A stretch of 64,000 bases of DNA from an uncultured Thermoplasmata archaeon (GCA_964458595.1 CAYWJQ010000005.1:6834-70833); one strand, 5' to 3'; positions 39,674 through 49,170 are shown, numbered from the stretch's first letter. Numbers and translations are program-made. Notes: generated by a model not told the origin, from the letters alone.

Positions 39674-40897
39674 TCAACTTATCCTAAACCGGAGAATACC
39701 GGCGATACCTCCGAAGGCGTTCAACAAAAGTTGACCTTCTTCTGATTCATCGGAGATGAGTTCGACGTCGGTACCCACGTTTTCCGCCTCCTCGAACAGC
39801 ACGTCTATGAGATCCGTTCTATCCTCGATATCTACTTCCGAGTCACATTCCGGACATGTAGGTTCTTGGTTGGAATCTGTATCTACGCTCATCGAACCCT
39901 CGTTTCCGCACTCTGGACATTCGTACTCGACCTTTTCTTTATCGATACCGTCGGAGATCAGAAGTGTGTCCACGGCCCCCATCCTGAGAGCTTTGAGGAC
40001 TTCTTCCTCGCCGTAAGTGGCCAATCCAGCGTCTGGGTCCTTTATTTCGCTCATCAATCTATTGACGAGTTCTTTTTCTTTCATCACTTCCAGGTCTGAA
40101 AGAGTTTCCTGCGCGTTCTCCATCAGTTCTTTGAGACCGTATTCATCCGTATAGCCCGTGTTGAAAGTATCCACTATCTTCTTTTCGAGCTCGTGGTGCA
40201 GGAAATCTCCATCCACAAAATTATCTTTAGTTTTGCCAGGACCTCCGATCAGAAGCCCGTCAATATCTTCCTCGAGTAGAAGTCCATTGGCTTTATCCGC
40301 TACCCTTTTAAAGTAATCTTGAGCGGCTTTTTCTATCCTTCTCTCGAAACGCTGTGCCGACTGACCTCCTTTTGAATGTTTGCTAGGGACCATCGATTGG
40401 ATATGATTCAAGGTCTCCACTTTGTTACCTCTCAATATCCCTATAGTGGCTTCGCTTCTATCTATGACTATCATCCCGTACTGCTCCCTTTCCCCCGCCA
40501 TATTTTTCAGCGGTTCTACGTAAAATTCGGAATCGCATCGGTACGTAAAGGTCTGCAGTTTCTCCGGCGGCTCGACCGTTTTTGACACCATCTTAGTCTT
40601 GTCACCGCTGGCTGAAACGTGTCCCACGAAGAAGATCACGCCGTTCTCAGGCACCTGGTCGAAGTATTTCAGTTTAGAAAGGATAGACTTAAGAGCAGAT
40701 TGAACGTGTTTTCTAGTCGATTTCGATTTGATGTTAGAACTCTCTGACATCTCTTCGTTAAGGTACGAGGAGACATCGGGTATGGATTTATCCGGCGGAA
40801 CGTAGAGCGATATCAGTTCAGTTCCTCTACCTCTGAGGTCCTCTATCTCCTCTATCGCTTTTTTGAATTCGTACTTGTCTTTCTTGGACATTTCCAT
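39674..40897 (-). CDS. prf1: Peptide chain release factor aRF1
   Basis: GRGTELISLY, NIKS, YRCD and GGQSAQRF motifs. Confidence 0.97.
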   Translation of the reverse strand: MEMSKKDKYEFKKAIEEIEDLRGRGTELISLYVPPDKSIPDVSSYLNEEMSESSNIKSKSTRKHVQSALKSILSKLKYFDQVPENGVIFFVGHVSASGDKTKMVSKTVEPPEKLQTFTYRCDSEFYVEPLKNMAGEREQYGMIVIDRSEATIGILRGNKVETLNHIQSMVPSKHSKGGQSAQRFERRIEKAAQDYFKRVADKANGLLLEEDIDGLLIGGPGKTKDNFVDGDFLHHELEKKIVDTFNTGYTDEYGLKELMENAQETLSDLEVMKEKELVNRLMSEIKDPDAGLATYGEEEVLKALRMGAVDTLLISDGIDKEKVEYECPECGNEGSMSVDTDSNQEPTCPECDSEVDIEDRTDLIDVLFEEAENVGTDVELISDESEEGQLLLNAFGGIAGILRFRIS

Positions 40898-41162
40898 GTT
40901 TATCAGATTATAATGCCATAGAAAGGTGGTTGTTAAAAATCTTTCGTGAAGGTCCTACTGAAAAATTTTTCGACTTTCTGATAACTTCAGGATATATATC
41001 AGATCTCGGAAGCAAGCGTTTAGAAAGGTTCTTTTACTTACAGTTATCTCCTATCAGATCAGTAGTCGCTACGAAATCGTGCTTTTCCTTAGGTATCCCG
41101 GACTTGACCCTCCTGTTATTCTCTTTCCTCCAACTCGTATAAACAGTGAGAGAATTAGATCA

Positions 41163-41990
41163 TTAATCTAACGCCTCTTCGGCTTCTAATTCTCCATCGA
41201 TGACTTCAAAGAACTTTCCTCTAGCGTGCTTCTCATACCAGGGATAATGTCCACATCTCTCCAAAAGCATGAATTCAGAATCATCTAACGCTCGTGATAG
41301 AGGTTCTTTCACTCCCTCATACGGGTGCGGATCGTGATCTCCATGGATAGCCACGACACGATTCTTTATACCTTTGATCCTCTCCATCAATTTCCCTTCT
41401 CGTCTCAGACTTTCTGCCTCGGTCCATACCTTTTTGTAAACTTTCGGTTTGAACTCTATAAAGTCGTTCTCGTGCTCTATCGGGTCGTAATAATCAGTCT
41501 TCGTCAGCAGTTCTTTAAATCTCTCATCTAATCCCTTCGAATCATCGTTTCGACTTAGTTCCCTCATCAGGCCTTCGAACTCTCTTAGCTCTTGGGTGTC
41601 TAATCTCTCCCTCCTATTTTTCGTTACCTCGGATGCGTACTCATCCTCTAGAGGTCCGCTTCCTATTATGATCGTTTTTTCAACTATTTTAGGATATTCG
41701 GCGGAAAAAAGTAGAGTTAACCAGGCACCCCAGGAGTGCCCTATCAGATAGATCGGGTCGTCTCCATCATTCTCTATCACCTGTCTGAGTTCCTCGATCT
41801 GACCCTCTATGGAATCGGCCGTGAGTAAGGGCTCTAAGACCCCCAATCTGCTGGAGAGTTGTCTAGCTAGCTGGGCCGCATCACCGGGAAGTCCAGGTCC
41901 TCCATGGATCACCGCTATCCTGTAGGGTTCCTTCCCGTACTTCCTTAGATCCCTCTTCATGGTCTTTCTCTCATCGTTTGGTAAAGACAT
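41163..41990 (-). CDS. Alpha/beta hydrolase (proline iminopeptidase-like)
   Basis: HGGPG, GHSWG nucleophile elbow and 'CGHYPW' catalytic His. Confidence 0.88.
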   Translation of the reverse strand: MSLPNDERKTMKRDLRKYGKEPYRIAVIHGGPGLPGDAAQLARQLSSRLGVLEPLLTADSIEGQIEELRQVIENDGDDPIYLIGHSWGAWLTLLFSAEYPKIVEKTIIIGSGPLEDEYASEVTKNRRERLDTQELREFEGLMRELSRNDDSKGLDERFKELLTKTDYYDPIEHENDFIEFKPKVYKKVWTEAESLRREGKLMERIKGIKNRVVAIHGDHDPHPYEGVKEPLSRALDDSEFMLLERCGHYPWYEKHARGKFFEVIDGELEAEEALD

Positions 41991-42117
41991 CTATCTATTT
42001 CTTTCCTTCGGACGTTTTTATCCCGTCGACTTATCCAGATAGGGCGGATAAAGTCGGTCCGATTACCTAAATAATAAAACCTTAATAGGCTCCTACTCTG
42101 TCAAACAAGTAGATAAT

Positions 42118-43455
42118 ATGAGCGAGAAGATAACAGTCATAGGAAGCGGGCCAGGCGGTTATAGAAGTGCCATCCGAGCGGCCGAAGCGGGTTTTGAGGT
42201 CACACTGGTGGAGAAATGGACCATAGGAGGGGTATGTACAAACCGAGGGTGTATACCTTCCAAAGCTTTTCTATCGGTCTCCGAGCGGATCGACGCGGTC
42301 AAGGAAGCTAGAAGAAAGGGTCTAGAGGCAGAGCTGCATAGGATAGATACGGATGATGTCCAGAATATCGTAAACCGGGCGGTGAAAAAATCCAGGAAAG
42401 GCATAGAGAACAAGTTGGAAGAAAAAGATATAGATATCGTGAGCGGGGAAGGAAAAGTTATCGACGAGCGTACCGTCGAGGTGGGAAACAAGAGGTATGA
42501 ATCCGATTATATAATCATAGCGACCGGATCAAAACCAGTAGAGGTGCCGGGATTAGACTTCGATAACCGAGATATAATGACCAGTAGAGGAGCGCTTTAT
42601 ATAGACGAGGTACCGGATTCGATGGTGGTCGTGGGCGGAGGATACATCGGAGTCGAACTGGCTTCTGTTTACTCATCACTAGGCACCGACATAAACATGG
42701 TCGAGCTTTTAGATAGAGTTCTACCCGTGATGGACAGATCATTGAGCGAGGAAACCAGAAGGATACTTAAACGGAAAGGTTTCGATATCTACACGGGCTC
42801 TAAAGTCACCGACGTGAGTGGTGAAGGACCTTTAAAAGTCAAGATCGAAGGCGATACGGAGAAAACGGTCGAGGGGGACAAAGTACTCTGCGCCGTGGGT
42901 AGAAAACCGACTCCGCCCGAGACAGATCTGGATATAACTGCCGAAAGCGGAGAGGTTATCGCCGACGATCATATGAAAACTCCGGTAGATAATATATATG
43001 CCGTGGGAGACGTTAACGGTAAGAGTCAATTGGCCCATTCCGCGTACAAGCAGGCGGAGATAGCGGTAGAGGATATCCAAGGAAATTCCCCTAGAAGCTT
43101 TTCAGAATATCACGTCCCGGCCGGAGTGTACACCCATCCCGAGATCGCCACTATCGGATTGACCCAAAACGAGGCCGAGGAAAAGTATGAAAGTATAGAG
43201 ATAGGAGAAGTCCCTATTTCAGCTACCGGAAGAGGTAGTTCCACCGGTCAGCGTACCGGATTAGCCAAAGTGATAGAAGCCCAAGATGAGATCGTAGGCA
43301 TACATCTGATTTGTCCTGGAGCTACGGACATCATACAGGAAGGTCATATAGCGATGGAAAACGATATGAGCGCTGAAGAACTAGTGGATGTGATCCATCC
43401 CCATCCCACTTATTCAGAAGGGATCTGGAAGGCCGTTAAAGAGATTTCAGGTTGA
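42118..43455 (+). CDS. lpdA: Dihydrolipoamide dehydrogenase
   Basis: GSGPGG, redox-active CTNRGC, GGGYIG and HPHPTYSE motifs. Confidence 0.93.
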   Translation: MSEKITVIGSGPGGYRSAIRAAEAGFEVTLVEKWTIGGVCTNRGCIPSKAFLSVSERIDAVKEARRKGLEAELHRIDTDDVQNIVNRAVKKSRKGIENKLEEKDIDIVSGEGKVIDERTVEVGNKRYESDYIIIATGSKPVEVPGLDFDNRDIMTSRGALYIDEVPDSMVVVGGGYIGVELASVYSSLGTDINMVELLDRVLPVMDRSLSEETRRILKRKGFDIYTGSKVTDVSGEGPLKVKIEGDTEKTVEGDKVLCAVGRKPTPPETDLDITAESGEVIADDHMKTPVDNIYAVGDVNGKSQLAHSAYKQAEIAVEDIQGNSPRSFSEYHVPAGVYTHPEIATIGLTQNEAEEKYESIEIGEVPISATGRGSSTGQRTGLAKVIEAQDEIVGIHLICPGATDIIQEGHIAMENDMSAEELVDVIHPHPTYSEGIWKAVKEISG

Positions 43456-43495
43456 ATCTCCGTTTGTTACGGAGTAAAACGAAGGCGGTTCGACT

Positions 43496-44572
43496 TCAGG
43501 AATCCGATCCTTCCTCTTTCTTTTCCAATCTTTTTTCTTTTTTCTTGAGAGCTCCCTTTTTACCGTCTAATCTGCTCTTTAACTCCTTGAGTTCCTCCTC
43601 TTTATCGTCCAATTCCGATTCCCGTTCCTTCAGATCCTCTCTTCTTTTGGCGACCTCTATCTCTTTCTCTTCCAAACCCCTCAGTTTCTTTTCGATCTTC
43701 TCTTCTTTCTCTTCTATCTCATCTTTCTTCTTTTCCACTTCTTTTTCCGTCTCCTCTATCTCGGCCTCTCTTCGATCTCGTCTGCGTTGTCTTTCTTCCA
43801 TTTTTTCTCTCTCGGCTTCTATCTCGTTTTTTATCTTTTCTTTTTCCTCTTTTGCTTTCTCTATCTCAGCGAGTTTCGAATCTAAGCGCCTTTCCCTTTT
43901 CCCGATACTCTCCCTTATGCGTTCTAGATTGTCTTCCTTTTTTTCCAACTCTTTTTCCCGTTCTTTTATCTTCTCTTCCTTTTCTTCCAACCCCTTTTCC
44001 TTCTTTTCTAACCGCTTCTTAGTCTCTTCCAGTTCTTTCCTCCCTCTTTCTATTTCGGTCCTTTTGCCCTCCGGTCCTTTTCTTTCATCTATCAATCCTT
44101 TTATCGTCTCCAGCGCTTCCTCGCTTAACTCCCCGTCCGAGGTGATCTTTTCTTCATCTTCAGAGGGCGATTCGATATCTACTTCCTTTTCCCGATCTAA
44201 AAGAAAGTCCATATCCCCTTCGATCCCAGGGGAGTCTATCTTAGATAAGACTTGATCTATCAAGACAGAAGAGGTCGAGTGAGAGTACGTATAGAGTTCT
44301 AGAAAGGCCTTTTCCGAAAAAGAATAGTCTCTGATCTCAGTGATAGCTTTTTTTCCTTCAAACTTCTCGGTCTCGCTTTTCAATTCGGCAGCCCTGGGTT
44401 CAGAACCCTTAAAAACGATCATCCCGTCGATTCTAGACCTATCCTCTATGAAGACTAATTTGAGATAGCCGTCCATAGATCTATCTTCCACGATCTCGAC
44501 AATGTTTTCAAAGGCTTCTTTTCCTCCTCTCGACGAGAGCACTCTTTTACCGGGCGGGACTTCCATCTCCAA
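43496..44572 (-). CDS. DUF2226-like N-terminal domain plus long Glu/Lys coiled coil
   Basis: 'DGYLKL....G.IVF..G...AA' N-domain followed by about 190 aa of heptad-rich E/K/R sequence. Confidence 0.6.
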   Translation of the reverse strand: MEMEVPPGKRVLSSRGGKEAFENIVEIVEDRSMDGYLKLVFIEDRSRIDGMIVFKGSEPRAAELKSETEKFEGKKAITEIRDYSFSEKAFLELYTYSHSTSSVLIDQVLSKIDSPGIEGDMDFLLDREKEVDIESPSEDEEKITSDGELSEEALETIKGLIDERKGPEGKRTEIERGRKELEETKKRLEKKEKGLEEKEEKIKEREKELEKKEDNLERIRESIGKRERRLDSKLAEIEKAKEEKEKIKNEIEAEREKMEERQRRRDRREAEIEETEKEVEKKKDEIEEKEEKIEKKLRGLEEKEIEVAKRREDLKERESELDDKEEELKELKSRLDGKKGALKKKEKRLEKKEEGSDS

Positions 44573-44643
44573 GCACCTTTCTGCTTTTTAGAGTTACGTG
44601 ATGAGTTATAACTTTTATCTGTCGAGTGACGTTATAAGATGAT

Positions 44644-47106
44644 TCACATGGAGATAGGTATATTCTCCATCTCTCTCTTCACTTTTTCGGCTTTTTGTTC
44701 CGCCCCGCTTTTCGACAGTGAAAGAACCGCCTTTCGATAATTTTCAGCGAGAGCCTCGGGGTCGTCTTTCTTTTCGTGAACCTTCGCCATGGAAAAGTAT
44801 GTCAGACCTAACTGGTACTGCTGCCCTAGTTCCTTGTATAATGATATCGCTCTACTCAGGTGATCTTCCGCTTCCACTTCCCTTTCGGTCTCCAGATATG
44901 CCTTTCCCAGGAGTGCCTCAGTGAAAGCTCTCTCTCTTTTGTCTTCGGAGAGTACGGATTCCATGGCATCTTCCGCTGACTTTATCGCTTTCTCGTAGCT
45001 TTCGTTCTCCATGTGACATTCGGCCAGCGATAAAAGCGCGGCGGTCTTCAGATCTTCATATTCACCCTGTATCGGGCCCGCTCGATCTGTGTGGAACTGA
45101 GTTCTGAATCTTATCTCCGCATCCTCTAACTCTTTGAGGACTTCATAGAGTGTCCCAGTCTCTCTTTTTCCACTTATCGGCCCGTGTGACTCATCTAATC
45201 TACTCCAAAATTTAAGTCCCATCTTGAATGGTTCTATCGCCTCTCCTTCCTTACCGCGTTCTTTTTCCATCCTAGCCAAGATGAAGTACGAGGACGTGAG
45301 AAGATGATGATCTTCCCCGTGAACCAGCGTCTCTATGGCCTTTTCAAGATCTTTTTTAGCTTTCTCGTAGTCGTCATTCTTGTTCCAGATCTCACCTCTC
45401 CTCGCGTATATCCTTCCGAGTTGGTCTTCCTTTTCGGGATCATCTTCCAAAGTTTTCGCTATCTCTTCGGCCCGATTCAGATTGTGTATGGCCCTATCAT
45501 ACCTTCCAAGTTTTTCCTCCACTTTGCCTAGACCCAGATATGCACGGAGCTCCCATCTTTTGTCTTCGGTTTCGGTCAGCATCTCTTCATATCTCTGTCT
45601 GCTGTCCTCGTATTCGTGATCCACTCTCATCGCTTCGGCCTCATAAAAATCGAAAAGAGCGCCCTTTTCTTCGTCGCCGAGTTCCGCTAGCATATCCAGC
45701 AGAACTCTGCTGTAACCGTCGGAGACGATCATCGAACCGTGATCCTCTAGAAGATTTTCGGCTTTCTTTATTTCGCCTGACATGACAAGGTGATAAAGTC
45801 TTTCGAGTATCTCTCTAGTGGATGGCTCGATCCTTTCTTCATAATATTTAGACGCGAGTCCCTGGAGGTCTTTTTCTGCGGTTTTTGATAAACCGTCAAG
45901 CTTCCTCTTTCGGATCTCTGTAGGTATAGTTATCTTATCTCCTTCGGTTTCCCAGACCAGAGGCGTCTCTAAAATCTCCTCGATGTCTTCTTCCGCTATA
46001 GGGCCAAGTCTCGCTAGTTCATGGCTTTCGACCGGTTTCCTAAAGATGGATAGATAACTCAGGGTTAGAGAAACTTCCAAGTTTAACTCCCTAGTAAGTA
46101 CATCGCTAAAGTCACTCTTTCCGTAACGCTCTTGAACTCTTTTCCGCAGCGGAGAAAATCCGTCAGCATTAAGAAAAGAAGCCTCCTCGATATGTACTCC
46201 GTCTTGGTCTTCTTCAAAATCCATCAAAGTTCGCACGTGCTGAAAATTTAAGGTCTCTTCTGATATCTTTAAGATTATATCTCGAAGTTCCGATCCTTCA
46301 TCTATACCGTCGAATATAAGAAGGGCCGAAGTATATTTGAGATCGCTCTTTAATTTCTCTAAAGCGGTCCTCGGATTCAGCCATTCTGCAAAATCACGGT
46401 AAGTTGATAGATTTATCTTGCCTATACCCTGTAAAAAGTCAGAAAAGGCGTCCCAGAGATCAATGGGGCGTTTATGTTTTTCTACCCTGAAATAGAATAT
46501 ATTGGTGGTTTCTTTCAAAGTCTCGAGAAAAGCCGCTATATGATAAGGCGATATATCTCTTACAAGGGCAGGGTCTTCACCGTTCCGGTACCAGTCTTTT
46601 AGAATCGATATATCGAGTTTTTCGGAATCATCAAATGATAGAAGTTCCGATCTATATGAGATGGGCGAACCCTTCTCTCCTCCGACTCTTATCTTTATTC
46701 CGCCCTCCTCTCGCTTTAGGACTATATCTATAAGATCCTGATCTTTCGGGACGTATTCATCGACGTTCTTAACCAGGACTTCCCTTTCTTCGCCGTACAT
46801 GTCCAAGGTGACAGAAGATTCCCTCATCTCTTTTCGCTTCTTCTTGGCCTTTTTCAGGCCTTCTTCGGTTAGAAAATAGGTCTTCATCCTCTGCTCTTTT
46901 CCCCGGACCCTGCTGACTTTTTCTTTCACGTGTCCAGAATCGTTCAGACCGTTCAGCGCATACGATATCGTGTTCTGTCGGAGGTCGAGACGATCGGACA
47001 TACCGCCCTGCGTGACCTCCACCGGCTGAGTATAATCATCTTTAGAGTTTTGATAACCTAAAAGATGGACCAATATCTTATCCTTCGCTTTGAAAGAACC
47101 GCTCAT
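44644..47106 (-). CDS. wHTH + degenerate STAND-type NTPase + TPR protein
   Basis: N-terminal HTH ('TQGGMSDRLDLRQNTISYAL..L...G...KTYFLTEEG'); Walker B-like LLIFDG but no P-loop; C-terminal TPR repeats. Confidence 0.72.
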   Translation of the reverse strand: MSGSFKAKDKILVHLLGYQNSKDDYTQPVEVTQGGMSDRLDLRQNTISYALNGLNDSGHVKEKVSRVRGKEQRMKTYFLTEEGLKKAKKKRKEMRESSVTLDMYGEEREVLVKNVDEYVPKDQDLIDIVLKREEGGIKIRVGGEKGSPISYRSELLSFDDSEKLDISILKDWYRNGEDPALVRDISPYHIAAFLETLKETTNIFYFRVEKHKRPIDLWDAFSDFLQGIGKINLSTYRDFAEWLNPRTALEKLKSDLKYTSALLIFDGIDEGSELRDIILKISEETLNFQHVRTLMDFEEDQDGVHIEEASFLNADGFSPLRKRVQERYGKSDFSDVLTRELNLEVSLTLSYLSIFRKPVESHELARLGPIAEEDIEEILETPLVWETEGDKITIPTEIRKRKLDGLSKTAEKDLQGLASKYYEERIEPSTREILERLYHLVMSGEIKKAENLLEDHGSMIVSDGYSRVLLDMLAELGDEEKGALFDFYEAEAMRVDHEYEDSRQRYEEMLTETEDKRWELRAYLGLGKVEEKLGRYDRAIHNLNRAEEIAKTLEDDPEKEDQLGRIYARRGEIWNKNDDYEKAKKDLEKAIETLVHGEDHHLLTSSYFILARMEKERGKEGEAIEPFKMGLKFWSRLDESHGPISGKRETGTLYEVLKELEDAEIRFRTQFHTDRAGPIQGEYEDLKTAALLSLAECHMENESYEKAIKSAEDAMESVLSEDKRERAFTEALLGKAYLETEREVEAEDHLSRAISLYKELGQQYQLGLTYFSMAKVHEKKDDPEALAENYRKAVLSLSKSGAEQKAEKVKREMENIPISM

Positions 47107-47226
47107 CAGTGAACTTATAAAATATTCGAACCCATATTTGAAGGTTGTTGATGATTAACGGCTCGAGAAAAAATCGAGATAGGGGTAAAGAATCGTTTTT
47201 TGACCGGACTGGTGATTCTCATCGAT

Positions 47227-47463
47227 TCACCGATCACTTTCATTTACCACCTTAATCTCTAGATTGGATTCCTTTTCGAGAGCCTGCTCACCTTCGGGAG
47301 GATCGGTAACTTTTACGTAAGAGAGGGTTATGGTCTGTTTAAGGACATTGACACCTTCCGTTGAGCTGTGAGTTTTGACGGAAATAGGTTTCCATCCAGA
47401 CCCTATAGATCTGGTCAACTCGAGGAGGGGGGAACTCCCGTTTTCACTTTTTCCTTTTTGCAT
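47227..47463 (-). CDS. Small hypothetical protein, copy A (paralog of 48861-49094)
   Basis: About 45 of 77 positions identical to copy B by hand alignment; visible differences in the shared core are mostly third-position, indicating a real coding sequence. Confidence 0.8.
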   Translation of the reverse strand: MQKGKSENGSSPLLELTRSIGSGWKPISVKTHSSTEGVNVLKQTITLSYVKVTDPPEGEQALEKESNLEIKVVNESDR

Positions 47464-47492
47464 ATTATCTAAGTTGATTTGTGTCTTCTTCG

Positions 47493-47539
47493 GATTTAAA
47501 CCGAATCCCGTTTTATCAATTTTGATAACTAGATATCAA
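47493..47539 (-). promoter_or_regulatory. TATA box (TTTAAA) with upstream palindromic operator TTATCAA-N2-TTGATAA, copy 1
   Basis: TTTAAA at 47495-47500, 32 nt above the ATG; palindrome at 47513-47528; extra TATCAA half-site at 47534-47539. Confidence 0.65.
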
Positions 47540-47770
47540 ATATCTCGGAGTCATTTATCGAAGATCGGTCTGATGATCACTATTTTACAATGCCCAAACG
47601 AGCTATCTCATGACCGTTTGTTATCTCAAAAAAGACGAGACATCGATCGGTTTTATTCATCGTTTGAAAAGCCAAGAAAAGGTATAAATATTCGAAAGAC
47701 GCATGATATACCGATATCTGCTTCTGCTAAAGAAAGATGAACCTTCCCTAAAATTGGACAACGAGGGTAT

Positions 47771-48814
47771 ATGATCATGACGGGAACTGGCTCTAACTCG
47801 GAAGAAGACTTCTTTTATAACCGTATCGCTAGAGCCATAATCCCGGCCGGAGAACAGACGGAAACCGGCGAAAAATACTATGAAGACATCGATTGGACGT
47901 CGATGAAGATAAAGCTCACGGAGAAAGATCTGATATACGAAAAAAGAGGTAAAAAAGGATCGATCAGAGTGGACGACATATATTATATCGATAGGGTTTT
48001 TCAACATCCAAAGGCCGATTCTCCTAAAGTTTTGAGCTTCAATTATCAGACCGACGAGGGCGATTTCGTAGCGTTGATCAGAAACAGGACTACGAGGTCG
48101 AAAGAGATCCTCAAAAAAAGACTACTCAGACAGATAATAAAAGACGCAAACATATGGTACATCTCACCTCGAAGTGTCGGGAGCGAGACTTCGATAAATC
48201 AGGGCTGGAACGAAGGGATTTTCAAGATCGGTGCGAAAAACACTTTGAGGATCGAAGATACCGACGGAGAAATAGTCACCACCATACCTCCGGAAGACGT
48301 CATCCGATTGAATCCCATAACCAAGCGGAAAAGAGTCAACCTAAAGATATTTTACTGGAGAGAAGGGGAAGTTCAAGTCGATCTCGTTTATTCGACCGAG
48401 ATACCCCTCGAATTGGTCACCGATTTCTTCTACAGCGATTATCTAGAGGAGGAGAAAAGAAAAAGAGAAAAACAAAAAGATCTCTCTATCGATGAGATGA
48501 AAATATTGAAGGCCTTGAAGGAGAAAGAGGAAGAAAAAGAGGATTCGTCGGTGACTACACCCGAAGAAGAATTCCTTTCCGAGCTTCCGATAGAAGCTGA
48601 GAAAGGGAGAGAGGTCCTATCCTCCTTAGAATCCGAAGAACTGGTCTGCCGGAGAGGTTCTAAAGTTTTCAGAACATTCAAGGGCGTCGAGAGCACACCG
48701 GAGGAGATAGAAGAAGAAGAGGAAGATGAGGATAGGAAGGAACTGAAGAAGAAAGCCGAGAAACTTAAGAAAAGGTTGAAAACTCTTAAAGCCATGAAAG
48801 AAAAGAGTCAGTAG
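47771..48814 (+). CDS. CheF-like (DUF439-type) protein with C-terminal wHTH-like region
   Basis: Two PH-like halves ('WTSMKIKLTEKDLI'; 'YISPRSVGS.....GWNEGIFKI') resemble archaeal CheF motifs; C-terminal 'LSIDEMKILKAL...EVLSSLESEELV' is helical. Confidence 0.55.
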   Translation: MIMTGTGSNSEEDFFYNRIARAIIPAGEQTETGEKYYEDIDWTSMKIKLTEKDLIYEKRGKKGSIRVDDIYYIDRVFQHPKADSPKVLSFNYQTDEGDFVALIRNRTTRSKEILKKRLLRQIIKDANIWYISPRSVGSETSINQGWNEGIFKIGAKNTLRIEDTDGEIVTTIPPEDVIRLNPITKRKRVNLKIFYWREGEVQVDLVYSTEIPLELVTDFFYSDYLEEEKRKREKQKDLSIDEMKILKALKEKEEEKEDSSVTTPEEEFLSELPIEAEKGREVLSSLESEELVCRRGSKVFRTFKGVESTPEEIEEEEEDEDRKELKKKAEKLKKRLKTLKAMKEKSQ

Positions 48815-48860
48815 GAAAGTAAGGGTGCGAAAAGGACCGATAAAAAGATATTTTGGTATC

Positions 48861-49094
48861 TCATCGATCCTCGCTGAAAACCCTTACTTGTAGATTCGAT
48901 CGCTTGTTGAGATCTTCTTCGCCTTCAGGGGGATCGTCTACCTTGACATAGGAAAGGGTGATGGTCTGTTGAAGAACGTTACTCCCTTCTCTATACCTGT
49001 TGGTTTCCACCGAAATAGGTTTCCATCCAGAACCTAAAAATTTTGTCAATTCGAAAAGAGAAGACCCGTCTTCTATACTTTCGCTTTCCACCAT
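48861..49094 (-). CDS. Small hypothetical protein, copy B (paralog of 47227-47463)
   Basis: Shares GSGWKPISV, QTITLSYVKV and DPPEGE with copy A. Confidence 0.8.
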   Translation of the reverse strand: MVESESIEDGSSLFELTKFLGSGWKPISVETNRYREGSNVLQQTITLSYVKVDDPPEGEEDLNKRSNLQVRVFSEDR

Positions 49095-49123
49095 GTTATC
49101 GTATACTGTTTGTGCTCTTTTAA

Positions 49124-49170
49124 GATTTAAACCGAACCCTGTTTTATCAATTTTGATAACTAGATATCAA
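49124..49170 (-). promoter_or_regulatory. TATA box with palindromic operator TTATCAA-N2-TTGATAA, copy 2
   Basis: GATTTAAACCGAA at 49124-49136; palindrome at 49144-49159. Confidence 0.65.

Larger units (their letters stand above)
47217..47539. repeat. Direct repeat unit 1 (small gene plus promoter/operator)
   Basis: Homologous to 48858-49170; the 30-nt block GTTTTATCAATTTTGATAACTAGATATCAA at 47510-47539 is identical to 49141-49170. Confidence 0.88.
48858..49170. repeat. Direct repeat unit 2 (small gene plus promoter/operator)
   Basis: Homologous to 47217-47539; offset 1631 bp at the identical 30-nt block. Confidence 0.88.

Noticed and set aside
40930-41142. 70-aa plus-strand ORF between prf1 and the hydrolase
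   Set aside because: No SD, no motif, and it overlaps the probable prf1 promoter region; no convincing ORF on the minus strand either.
43452-44255. 267-aa Ser/Phe/Leu-rich plus-strand ORF
   Set aside because: Reverse-complement of the GAA/AAA-rich coiled-coil gene; its composition is an artefact.
47375-48007. ORFs 47375-47740 (+) and 47657-48007 (-)
   Set aside because: They overlap better-supported genes on the opposite strand. The similar ORF 49000-49248 is just the repeat read antisense.
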